64,000 nt of DNA from Micavibrio sp. Its GTDB lineage: Bacteria > Pseudomonadota > Alphaproteobacteria > UBA9219. The stretch is from positions 5,553 to 69,552 of the forward strand of contig DYDA01000008.1 of the NCBI GenBank assembly GCA_020718105.1, in the 5' to 3' direction. The notes below the pieces were generated by a model. It worked only from the letters and a program-made list of their open reading frames with translations. It did not search any database and had not been told where the DNA came from. Position numbers and translations under genes: made by a program. This document shows, piece after piece, positions 47,930 through 56,799 of this stretch (the stretch's first letter is position 1; every line of letters starts with the position of its first letter).

Positions 47930-49630
47930 TTACGAAAGAACGCTTGTTTGCTCGTCCGGTAGAGGCCGCGATGACGTGGCTTTGCGCTGATCAAGGGCGC
48001 TGAGCCACGGTTTTTCAAACGATGGCCTGCCCAGATGATAACCTTGCAGCATATCGACGTTTTCATCGCGTAGCCACTGTGCGACTTCTTCGTCTTCGAT
48101 GCCCTCGGCGACCGAGCGCAGACCAAGGCCGTGGGCCATGGCGATGAGCATCCGCACAAGATGCTGCTGTTCGCCATTGGTGGTGAGATCGATAATCAGG
48201 TCGCGATCAATTTTCATGATGGCAAAATCCAGATCGCGCAGATGACGGATGGAGGTTGATCCCGCGCCGAAGTCGTCTAACGATACATCACTGCCCAGAC
48301 TACGCAGAGCCTCCACAAGGTTTTTCATTTTGGCGATGTCCATCACGGCGGCGGTTTCCGTAATCTCGATAATCAGGCGGCGCGCCAGATCGGGACGCGA
48401 CGATAGCTTTTCTTTGATGTGCTGTGGCCAATGGGGCAGGGCGGCGGTCAGGCCAGAGATATTGACGGCAAGGCGCAACGTATCGCATGCCTCCAGCTCA
48501 CGAAGCGAGAGATCAAGGACATGCTCATCAAACTCTGTGGCCATGCCCATTTGCTCAACAATAGGAATAAACTCACCCGCTGGAATGGCTGATCCATCGT
48601 CATAGAAAAGACGAGAGAGGACTTCATAGAAAAGAACTTCGCCTGTTTTGGCATCCACAACGGGTTGGAAGGCCAGCTTGACGGTGTCATTTTTTAAGGA
48701 CTGTTTGACCCGTTCACAAATATCCAGAACGATGCGGTTTTGTTCGGCGCGGCGCGCGGACTCGCTATAGGTAACGTTTTGCCCACGTCCTTTTTCACGC
48801 GCTTCGGATAGAGCTTGCTCGGCATGAATCATCATCTCCGCCGCATCGCTTTGCGTGCCTTCGAAAGGCATTGTTCCGATGCAAACAGATAGATGCAGGC
48901 ATGTTCCGCTTGCCGACAGGGCGTGGTCATGGAAGTTTGCTAAAATCCGCGTTGTCAGCGATTCCATATCGCGGGCCATGTTCGGTAAAAGAACGCCGAA
49001 CATATCGCCAGCCACGCGCCCGACAATGGCGCGGGTTGGGCACAGTTCATTGAGGCGATCCGCGACGGCGCAAATCAGGTGATCGGCAGCTTTGGTTCCC
49101 ATAGCCTCATTGACGAAGGCCAGTTTATCAATGCCGACGACAAGATAGGCGCTTTGATGGCGATTTTCGCGTGATGTTTTAAGAACCTTCTCAATCAGAG
49201 AAAGCATGCAAGCGCGATTGGGGCGACCCGTTAGCGGGTCGCGGTCAGAACTGGTTGAGGCATAGGGGCTTTGTTTTTCTGCGTCTTCAATGATGCGGAT
49301 CATGCCTTGCTGGCGAATGGCGCGGCCTTTTTCAAAATCGGTTGTGCCATGTTCTTGAACCCAAATGAAGGCGTTATCTGCGGCGCGTAGACGGTACTCG
49401 CGATTAAAGGTCGGTGTGGTGTCATTGAAAATCAAATGATGGTCGTTGGGTAGAACGACGGTTGAAAGCTCTAACGCGTTGATAGGGGGCTGTTCGCGAT
49501 CATGGCCAAAGAGTTGTTGCCAAGGACCACACCACACGATGTGGTCAGTCTTTAAATCCCACTGATAAGCGATGTGGCCAGAGGCAGAAAGAATATCGGT
49601 CAAAGAGGTAATGGATGTTACTTCATTCAT
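47930..49630 (-). CDS. PAS-GGDEF-EAL signalling protein (degenerate GGDEF, likely c-di-GMP phosphodiesterase)
   Basis: 566 aa; GGDEF position reads AGDMF (degenerate); EAL domain with EVL variant, QPVVD, and a conserved C-terminal half. Confidence 0.75.
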   Translation of the reverse strand: MNEVTSITSLTDILSASGHIAYQWDLKTDHIVWCGPWQQLFGHDREQPPINALELSTVVLPNDHHLIFNDTTPTFNREYRLRAADNAFIWVQEHGTTDFEKGRAIRQQGMIRIIEDAEKQSPYASTSSDRDPLTGRPNRACMLSLIEKVLKTSRENRHQSAYLVVGIDKLAFVNEAMGTKAADHLICAVADRLNELCPTRAIVGRVAGDMFGVLLPNMARDMESLTTRILANFHDHALSASGTCLHLSVCIGTMPFEGTQSDAAEMMIHAEQALSEAREKGRGQNVTYSESARRAEQNRIVLDICERVKQSLKNDTVKLAFQPVVDAKTGEVLFYEVLSRLFYDDGSAIPAGEFIPIVEQMGMATEFDEHVLDLSLRELEACDTLRLAVNISGLTAALPHWPQHIKEKLSSRPDLARRLIIEITETAAVMDIAKMKNLVEALRSLGSDVSLDDFGAGSTSIRHLRDLDFAIMKIDRDLIIDLTTNGEQQHLVRMLIAMAHGLGLRSVAEGIEDEEVAQWLRDENVDMLQGYHLGRPSFEKPWLSALDQRKATSSRPLPDEQTSVLS

Positions 49631-50051
49631 GCGTTAAACAAACGGTTCAAAGGTGAAGGGGGAAGGGCTTTTCTTTTTACTAAAATACAGGAGCAGTCTT
49701 AAAATTAGATAAAGTTGCCCTTTCAAACTTTAAAATCGCGCGAAGTATCTAAAGTCGTTTATTATCAATGGGTTAGCTATATGGTTAAAGCGTGTCAGTA
49801 TTGTTATATTTCAAATGGTTACGGCATTAACTTTGAGCGGAAGACTCCAAAGTGGTACATTCCCACGCTCAAGGGGCTGAGAATCGATGTTTTTTGACTA
49901 AGCCATTGATAGAAAACGATCTTGTTTTTTGATTTTGATCGACTTAATAGGCGGCAAAATTCGTCCGAGTCAATGGGGTGACTCATTGAAAAAAGAAACC
50001 CACGCTTGACGTGGAAGACCTCACTTTTATAATTTCCAAAGTGGAAAAAAT

Positions 50052-50801
50052 ATGGTTCAAGAGTGCGTGATGACAAAGAACAAAATAACGAACGATGGAT
50101 CGGGCAGGGTTATTGGCAAAGGCTTCCCTCTCTGCACAGAGGCGCAAGTTCACACGCTGTTCGTTCATGCGCAGGCCGTTTTTGCTGCATTGAAGGAAGT
50201 ACCTTCTTGCTCTTTTGAAGAGCCGTTATCGTGCACAGAGAAAATTATTACCTATCGTTATTTTGATTTTCTCCCGCCTTCACTTTCTGAGCAGTTGCGT
50301 TCTCGGTCTTGTACAGAAGGGAGCATGCGACGTATTGGCGAGGTTTTGTCCGCGCTTCATCATCACATGGCTCCCGATGGCGGAAGCCCCTTATTGCATG
50401 GCGATTTTGTCCCTCACAATGTTTTTTGTTCTGCGGATAAACTGTTTATCATCGATGCTCATCCGCCAGAGCAACTCCCTTACCGCGATGGCATTCTTTA
50501 TGGGGATGGGCGACGCGATATTATCTCTCTTTTGTTTGGCGTCTTTTCAAATGTTGGGCTTAAAGCTGTTTTGTTTCATGGAAGCTATTACTGCGCTATG
50601 GCGCGAAGCTTCCTCAAAGGTTATCAGGCAGCCAAGCCTTGCCTTGATTCTTTCGAGAGGGTTCTTTTGTCCTATATTGCCGACGTTTATAAAATGCGGC
50701 GCTCCAGTATCGGGCGGCTGCGCGCCGTTCTGCATGGCTCATGGTGTGGCGTTATGGTGTTACGCATAGTGAAAGAAAAAACATGCAAACGCGAGAACTG
50801 A
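50052..50801 (+). CDS. protein-kinase-like small-molecule phosphotransferase (APH / Kdo-WaaP / choline-kinase type)
   Basis: 249 aa; LLHGDFVPHNVF catalytic-loop motif (HGDxxxxN) and IIDAH (DxD-like) downstream; low-GC region. Confidence 0.5.
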   Translation: MVQECVMTKNKITNDGSGRVIGKGFPLCTEAQVHTLFVHAQAVFAALKEVPSCSFEEPLSCTEKIITYRYFDFLPPSLSEQLRSRSCTEGSMRRIGEVLSALHHHMAPDGGSPLLHGDFVPHNVFCSADKLFIIDAHPPEQLPYRDGILYGDGRRDIISLLFGVFSNVGLKAVLFHGSYYCAMARSFLKGYQAAKPCLDSFERVLLSYIADVYKMRRSSIGRLRAVLHGSWCGVMVLRIVKEKTCKREN

Positions 50802-51898
50802 TCGCCGAGCTTGTAGACGTCTATCATGTGACGCTTTTATCGGATATGGATGCCGCGCCGCAGGATGATATTGATCTTTATGCATCGCCTGCGGTGTTCG
50901 AGCAAATCGAAGAACGAGTTAGGCAGGGCGGCTATACACTCACGCACAAAGACCCTGACAATGTCGTTTTTTTTCGTTTTGAAAATGGCACCATGTATAT
51001 GATTGATGTTTTGCGTGACTTTAATGTTTATGCGCGGGTTGCGTCCTATCTTCGCTTATCGCCAAAGGGCTGCGCGGCGTTAGAAAAATCAACGACGCTG
51101 CACGCGTGTTTCAAGGCGCTTTGCTATAATAAACGCGCCAAGATTCCTTTCGTGCAAAAGCATTGGGATATTTTTTCCCAGTTTTTGGGGGAGGGGAGAA
51201 ATTTCGAAAGCGCTGTTCCTTTTGTGACAGCGCCTTGTAAAGAATCGGCTGAAACTTTTTTTAACCGCATGGCCAAAGCATTATTTTGGCGGCGGCTTAT
51301 CGCAAGCGTGCGCTATCGATGGCGTGTTTTGGGTACGGGCGTTTCCATGGCGTTTATCGGGCCGGATGGCTCTGGTAAGTCGTTTATTATCGATAAATTG
51401 CGAGGCATGGGACCGACGGCTACTGTTTATATGGGGGATTGGTTTTTTGTTTTCCAGCGCCTTTATACGTGCCTTTTGAAAATTCCATCGCCGTGGAATC
51501 GTTTTCTTTACGGCGTTTATTTTATCGAAAACATTGTGCGGTATGGCAAGGTTTTGCTTTTGCGCTTTATGGGGCGGATGGTTTTGATTGATCGGTTTCC
51601 GGGAACGAACAGAAATGTCATCCACAAAGGCCTTTTACAAAGGATCAACCGCGCCGTTTTTTCCGTTTTTCCAAAACCGGATTTGTTGGTTTTATTGGAA
51701 GCCCCCCCCAGCGTCGTTTATAAAAGGAAGCAAGAGCTTTCCATTCAGGAAATTGATCAAATCCAAAAAGAGCTTCGTGTGATGCTAACAGGAACGCGGC
51801 ATGTTGTTCTTAATACAGAGGCTCTTGATGAAACGCTCAATAAACTTCTTGCCGCCGCCTATGCTTGCCGTGACACCAAAAAGAAAAACGGAACATAA
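50741..51898 (+). CDS. fusion protein: N-terminal nucleotidyltransferase-like domain + C-terminal P-loop (d)NMP-kinase-like domain
   Basis: 385 aa; LLSDMDAAPQDDIDLYA...MYMIDVL resembles a minimal nucleotidyltransferase Asp triad; FIGPDGSGKS Walker A with LIDRF about 75 aa later (thymidylate-kinase-like DRY/F). Overlaps the upstream ORF by 61 nt. Confidence 0.45.
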   Translation: MVWRYGVTHSERKNMQTRELIAELVDVYHVTLLSDMDAAPQDDIDLYASPAVFEQIEERVRQGGYTLTHKDPDNVVFFRFENGTMYMIDVLRDFNVYARVASYLRLSPKGCAALEKSTTLHACFKALCYNKRAKIPFVQKHWDIFSQFLGEGRNFESAVPFVTAPCKESAETFFNRMAKALFWRRLIASVRYRWRVLGTGVSMAFIGPDGSGKSFIIDKLRGMGPTATVYMGDWFFVFQRLYTCLLKIPSPWNRFLYGVYFIENIVRYGKVLLLRFMGRMVLIDRFPGTNRNVIHKGLLQRINRAVFSVFPKPDLLVLLEAPPSVVYKRKQELSIQEIDQIQKELRVMLTGTRHVVLNTEALDETLNKLLAAAYACRDTKKKNGT

Positions 51899-51936
51899 AT
51901 TCTTCCATTTTAAGAATTGGTAGGTGGAAAAAATCG

Positions 51937-51955
51937 TGGCGTCCCCTACGGGATT
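51937..51955. repeat. 19-bp direct repeat of the tRNA-Glu 3' end (island att site)
   Basis: TGGCGTCCCCTACGGGATT is identical to 55704-55722. Confidence 0.7.
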
Positions 51956-52272
51956 GATCAAAAACGTTCATTCCTCACGTTTTTGCCCCTTCGGGCGCTC
52001 TCGCTTGCGCGAGAAGCGTCCATAATGCCTTCGCATTTTGTCGAACCCTACGGGTTCGAGGCCGTACCGGCCATGCCACAAAAAAACCGCCCTAAAGGGC
52101 GGCTTGTTTGTGGCGTGCCGGACAGGATGGATCGGGGCACTGGCAATTGGCTATTTCTATGATCAAAAAATCTACTTCTTCTTAACCACTTTTCAAAAGC
52201 CCTCCCTTTTCACCCTCGTCAGAAGGACGTTTGCTGATATGAGAATCATATTGCCAATCTTTAAACAATATT

Positions 52273-53910
52273 TCATCTGGTTTTTCTTAAAAGCTTTTCT
52301 GCTTCATCATGTCCGGGATATTTTGCATTGGCAATAACAGCCTTTGATAGAGCGACTTTTGCCTCTTCTATCCTCCCCGCTTCCAAAAGAAGACTGCCAT
52401 AATGGTATTGCATTTGTGGCAGAACAGGGGTTGCCGTCTTTATGGCCCGTTCCAAAATAGGTTGGGCTTGTGTTATCTTGCCCTGACGAAAATAAACCCA
52501 TCCCAACGTATCGAGAAAATAGGGATTGGTCGAATTGATAAAACGTTCAGCGGCAAGCTGTGCTTTTTCCATCGCGACGGAATCGTTGTTTTGATTATCG
52601 GCAATGGTTTGGGCCAGATTATTCGCCGCTATATCAAGCGCTGAATTGTGTGCCAGCAGCTTGTCGTAGATGGAAATGACTTCCGCGAATTTTCCCTGTG
52701 ACGATAAGATATCGGCTGTCATCATTTCAGCACGAATGTCTGCCGGCGCAATAGCTTCTGCTTTTTTAAGTGTCTGCAAGGCCATATCCAGCTGCCTATC
52801 TTTCACAAAAATTGCGGCGCGATTCAAATAGGGGTCTTGGACGGTTACCTTTCTTTCTATGGCTTGATCAAACGCTTGTGCCGCCTCATCTATCTTCCCC
52901 ATAGCAAGCAAAACCTCCCCATAGATGGAGGAGACAACACCGCTGTCGCTCTTAAGGCCAGCAATGTAGGTTGAAACTTCCGGTAACCGTTTTAGGCTCT
53001 TTGCCACATTGACAAGTTCTAAAAGCGCAGATCTAGATAAGGGCGCAGAGGGATCGGCATCGATAACCTGCTTATAAAGAGGGATAGCCCCTTCTTTTTT
53101 GTTGGTGTTGGTCAGAATTTGCGCCTTAAAATAGGTCGCTGCCATATGTTGGCCGTCCAATAAATCAAGCTTTTTGACAGACTCCTCGGCAAGCGGCCAG
53201 TTTTTAGCGTTGATGGCAACACGGGTTGTATTCTCCCATCCGGCAGGATAAGTGGGGGCGGATTTTGTGACAATGTCTAGTATCTCCAATGCTTGGCGCG
53301 TGTTGCCCTGCAATTCATGCATGTGAGCTAAAAGGATGCGTGCATTCCAGTCAGTCAAATCTATGGCTAATAATTGGTTGAGCATATCGATTGCAAGATT
53401 TATGTGGCCTTGGTTAAAAAAAGTTTCTGCCAAAAGTTGAAACGCTTTAGTTGTGCGTGGTTTATCACGGATTATGGCGCGAAGATCAGAAACAGTGCGC
53501 TGATAATCTCCTTGTTCAGAAGATAGCTGCGCGTGAACGAAAAGGGCTTCAGTATTGCTGGCATCCTTTAAGAGCACCTCATCTACTAGCTTTTCTGCCA
53601 TAGATTTATCGTCCTGCAGAAAATATATATTCGCTAGAAATAAGCGAGCATTTAAGCTTGTTCGCTCATCCATGTTCTTTCTCAACACCTCTTCCAACAG
53701 CGCGATGGCCTTATCATTGTTGCCATTATTTACGTACAGACTGGCAAGAAGAAAATATAGTTCTTTATGCTCTGGTGAGCCTTCAAGCTCTTTGCGGATT
53801 TCTGCTTCTGTTGTCGTTATATCGCGATGATTTCTTAAAAGCGTTATAAGCGCAAGCTTAGCCTCCCAGTTATTAGGAAAGGAGCTGTCGCTGCTGCTTC
53901 TCAAAGCCAT
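52273..53910 (-). CDS. TPR-repeat protein (island cargo; PrsT-like architecture possible)
   Basis: 545 aa of consecutive TPR units; no signal peptide at the annotated start. Confidence 0.7.
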   Translation of the reverse strand: MALRSSSDSSFPNNWEAKLALITLLRNHRDITTTEAEIRKELEGSPEHKELYFLLASLYVNNGNNDKAIALLEEVLRKNMDERTSLNARLFLANIYFLQDDKSMAEKLVDEVLLKDASNTEALFVHAQLSSEQGDYQRTVSDLRAIIRDKPRTTKAFQLLAETFFNQGHINLAIDMLNQLLAIDLTDWNARILLAHMHELQGNTRQALEILDIVTKSAPTYPAGWENTTRVAINAKNWPLAEESVKKLDLLDGQHMAATYFKAQILTNTNKKEGAIPLYKQVIDADPSAPLSRSALLELVNVAKSLKRLPEVSTYIAGLKSDSGVVSSIYGEVLLAMGKIDEAAQAFDQAIERKVTVQDPYLNRAAIFVKDRQLDMALQTLKKAEAIAPADIRAEMMTADILSSQGKFAEVISIYDKLLAHNSALDIAANNLAQTIADNQNNDSVAMEKAQLAAERFINSTNPYFLDTLGWVYFRQGKITQAQPILERAIKTATPVLPQMQYHYGSLLLEAGRIEEAKVALSKAVIANAKYPGHDEAEKLLRKTR

Positions 53911-54090
53911 GATTTATGATCAAAAGGGCGACCTGCCAAAAGTCGCGGAAACCTTTGAGGCTATATTCCGACTACACCAAGATGAGCCTAAATTTCGTTT
54001 AGAGCTTGCTAATATATATATCAAAGCCGGAAAAATTGATGAGGCTGAAACGACCTTACGCGCTGCTACGACAGCCTTTGCGCCATGATC
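53830..54090 (+). pseudogene. inverted TPR-coding fragment
   Basis: Plus-strand frame encodes ...LKAMIYDQKGDLPKVAETFEAIFRLHQDEPKFRLELANIYIKAGKIDEAETTLRAATTAF (canonical TPR), directly abutting the start codon of the minus-strand TPR gene. Confidence 0.4.
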
Positions 54091-55664
54091 TGACCCTTGG
54101 CATAGTTCAGGTTCATAACGTCCACTTGGGTATGGCCAACAAGACGTTTGGCTAGTGAATCCTCAACACCGGATTGCTGAAGGGCAGTAAGTACCCAGTG
54201 CCGGAAGCTGTGGAACGAGAGGACTTTCTTCTTGATGCCAAGTTCAGGCAGAAGTGTGTCGTTAAACCAGCGTCCGAGGTTGCGGCCATAGCCGTTGTTT
54301 CCAGCCTTAGAAAGACCGAACAAGATTCTTTCGTGCCCATCTTTCTTCGCACGGGTAACGTAATCCAAGAATCCAAGTTCGATTAGCTTGGAGTGAATGG
54401 GGACGGTTCGTTTGGATGACTTGTTCTTCAGCTTCTTCTCACCATCATCATTGATGTTGAAGAACCAGATATTGCCTTCGCGCTGGATATCAGAGACATA
54501 AAGCTGGGCAATCTCTTCAAGACGTGCGCCTGTGAAGCAGGCAATCAGCGCACCCCATTTGTAATGGTCTCGTTCTTCTTTCTGTACAGCCTTGTAGATG
54601 GCTGTCATTTGCTCTGACGTGAAAGCATCTCGTTTCTGTTCTTGTTTGTCGATACGGACATTGATGCCCTTGAAGTTATTCTCATCTGTGTCTTTCCGTT
54701 TTACAGCCCAATCGAAGAAACTACTATAGGCACTGATATATTTGTGAATGTTAGCTGGCTCCATCAGGTTGTCTGCTTTGATCGGGTGATTTTCTGGCAG
54801 GGCAAGGATATCTTGAAGCGACAGGTGCTTCAATGCTGGCTTTGTTCTCGCCTGCTTGGGGAGTTGCATGAGCATGGTCTTAACGTCATTGGCTACAGAC
54901 GCAGAGATATGGACACTTGCATCCGAGCCAACGTACTCAAGCAACAAATCAAACTGCTTTCTGAACCCAGCTGCAGACTTGGTTGTCCACTGTTTAAGGC
55001 GTTTCTTTTCTGTAACGTAGTTGTTTATGATATCGGCAAGTTTGGTCTTTCTCGCCTTTTTCTCGGCCTTCCTAATATCTATGAACCTTGGATCGGTTGT
55101 GAATTCATATCCGTCATATTTTGAATTGAGCTTCAGTATGTCCCTAGATGAATCTCTTGCGGCTTTTAGGTATTCATTGCGAAGGACTGTATAATCTTTT
55201 GAGCCTGTCTTGATAGGGAGGGCTTGAAGTTCAATGATAGACTGAAGCTCTTGATCTGTGCCCAGAAGGGTATGATCGTTGTTAGCAAGGGCCGTGATGG
55301 CGTTGTTCTGTTTGTTGCTGTACGCCTGTTGCTCATGTGCCTGAAGGGGGCCAAACTTATTGATGCGCTCTTTAACTCGCTCGCGTTCAATTTTGAAGTG
55401 GTCGATAAGTACGTCCCGTATCTCCTGAAAATCCATAAGTGCCATCACTGGGTTGCTTGTTAGGTTGGCTCCAAGGTTAAGAAGGCTACGGGATATACGC
55501 AATGCCTCTTTTGGTTCGCGGGTACGCAATGATAGCCTAATCTCACGATCTAGGCCTTGTGGATGAAGAGCAGGAGGCAAGGGAAAACGAAGGTAGTAGA
55601 TGTTGTGCCGTGACAGGGTCAAATAGTGCGGATTATACATGCGGATGCCCCACTTTGAGGGCAC
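54066..55664 (-). CDS. int: tyrosine-type integrase/recombinase
   Basis: C-terminal HSFRHW...LVGH...NYAKG (R-H-R-Y catalytic pattern); located next to the 3' end of a tRNA. Confidence 0.85.
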   Translation of the reverse strand: MPSKWGIRMYNPHYLTLSRHNIYYLRFPLPPALHPQGLDREIRLSLRTREPKEALRISRSLLNLGANLTSNPVMALMDFQEIRDVLIDHFKIERERVKERINKFGPLQAHEQQAYSNKQNNAITALANNDHTLLGTDQELQSIIELQALPIKTGSKDYTVLRNEYLKAARDSSRDILKLNSKYDGYEFTTDPRFIDIRKAEKKARKTKLADIINNYVTEKKRLKQWTTKSAAGFRKQFDLLLEYVGSDASVHISASVANDVKTMLMQLPKQARTKPALKHLSLQDILALPENHPIKADNLMEPANIHKYISAYSSFFDWAVKRKDTDENNFKGINVRIDKQEQKRDAFTSEQMTAIYKAVQKEERDHYKWGALIACFTGARLEEIAQLYVSDIQREGNIWFFNINDDGEKKLKNKSSKRTVPIHSKLIELGFLDYVTRAKKDGHERILFGLSKAGNNGYGRNLGRWFNDTLLPELGIKKKVLSFHSFRHWVLTALQQSGVEDSLAKRLVGHTQVDVMNLNYAKGQIMAQRLS

Positions 55665-55703
55665 ACCAGCAAAAGAGCATCTAACCTGTTGATTTAAAAG
55701 AGA

Positions 55704-55779
55704 TGGCGTCCCCTACGGGATTCGAACCCGTGTTATTGCCGTGAGAGGGCAGTGTCCTAGGCCTCTAGACGAAGGGGAC
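55704..55779 (-). tRNA. tRNA-Glu (anticodon CTC)
   Basis: Reverse complement GTCCCCTTCGTCTAGAGGCCTAGGACACTGCCCTCTCACGGCAATAACACGGGTTCGAATCCCGTAGGGGACGCCA aligns with E. coli tRNA-Glu; anticodon loop CTCTCAC; encoded CCA. Confidence 0.8.
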
Positions 55780-55977
55780 AATTGGTAGGGGCGTGTTTTA
55801 GCGCAATTTTTGCCTTGGCTGCAAGGATTATCTTGCCTGTGAGGTTTGTGCTTGTAGGGGGTGTTTTTTATACCCTTTTTCAAACATCTGTTTCCTTCAC
55901 GCCTCTTTTTGTCGCGATTTTTTCTCTCGGCCTTATTTAACCCTCTTTTCCTGTCGCTTTGATTGGCGGAGCCATGC

Positions 55978-56745
55978 TCATATGGACAATACGATTTGCC
56001 ATAACAGTTCTAAATCTCGTTCCCTTGACAGGCGGTGATCGCCATCCTTGATCAAGGTGATGCGCACGTCGGTCTGATCGATATGCTCGGCCAGCTTAAG
56101 AGCCGTCTGCCATGGCACATCGGTATCCCTTTGGCCTTGCAGCAGGCGAACGGGCGCATCGATCCTTAAATTATCACGTAAGACAAGCTGGCTAATCCCA
56201 TCTTCCATAAGGTGTTTTGTGATGGGGAGGCGTTCATCGGTCTGGCCTTGAGGTGGCGCGGGTTGTTCATAAAAAAGGCCGCTTCGCTCCATTTCTGCTG
56301 TCTGTTCTGGAGTCATCGCTGGGCGGATGAGGTCTTCGGTAAAGTCGGGGGCTGCCGCCACGCCGACGAAGCCCGCCACGCGCTCTGGCCTTGCCTTGGC
56401 CAGCAAAAGACCGATCCAGCCCCCCATAGATGAACCGATAAGAACCTGTTTCCCGCTTGTCAGGGCGTCGAAAACTTTTAGCGTGTCGTCCAGCCAGTCG
56501 CCTATGCAGCCATCAACAAAACGCCCTGATGAGGCTCCGTGGCCACGATAGTCAAAGCGGGTGTAGGCAAGGCCTTCCTTGGCGCAGCGCTCGTCCAAAA
56601 AGGCAGCCTTTGTGCCAGTCATATCCGAGCCGAAGCCGCCCATAAAGAAAAGCCCAGCCCTGTGGCTGTTTCCAGGGGATGCAATGCGCTGTTGATAGGC
56701 AAGCTGCCGATCCGGTAAGGTGAGCTTTAGGGGAGTTTGATTCAT
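55978..56745 (-). CDS. alpha/beta-fold hydrolase
   Basis: GSSMGG nucleophile elbow (GxSxG); 255 aa. Confidence 0.6.
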   Translation of the reverse strand: MNQTPLKLTLPDRQLAYQQRIASPGNSHRAGLFFMGGFGSDMTGTKAAFLDERCAKEGLAYTRFDYRGHGASSGRFVDGCIGDWLDDTLKVFDALTSGKQVLIGSSMGGWIGLLLAKARPERVAGFVGVAAAPDFTEDLIRPAMTPEQTAEMERSGLFYEQPAPPQGQTDERLPITKHLMEDGISQLVLRDNLRIDAPVRLLQGQRDTDVPWQTALKLAEHIDQTDVRITLIKDGDHRLSRERDLELLWQIVLSI

Positions 56746-56799
56746 GTGATTCCCTTATCGTCCTTCTTTGACCTGTTGAAGTCTGTTATCACTATAGCC

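Noticed and set aside
51917-52337. ORFs 51917-52162 and 52038-52337 at the island edge
   Set aside because: They cross the att direct repeat and tRNA-like remnant and overlap the 3' end of the TPR gene. They have no RBS and no recognisable features.
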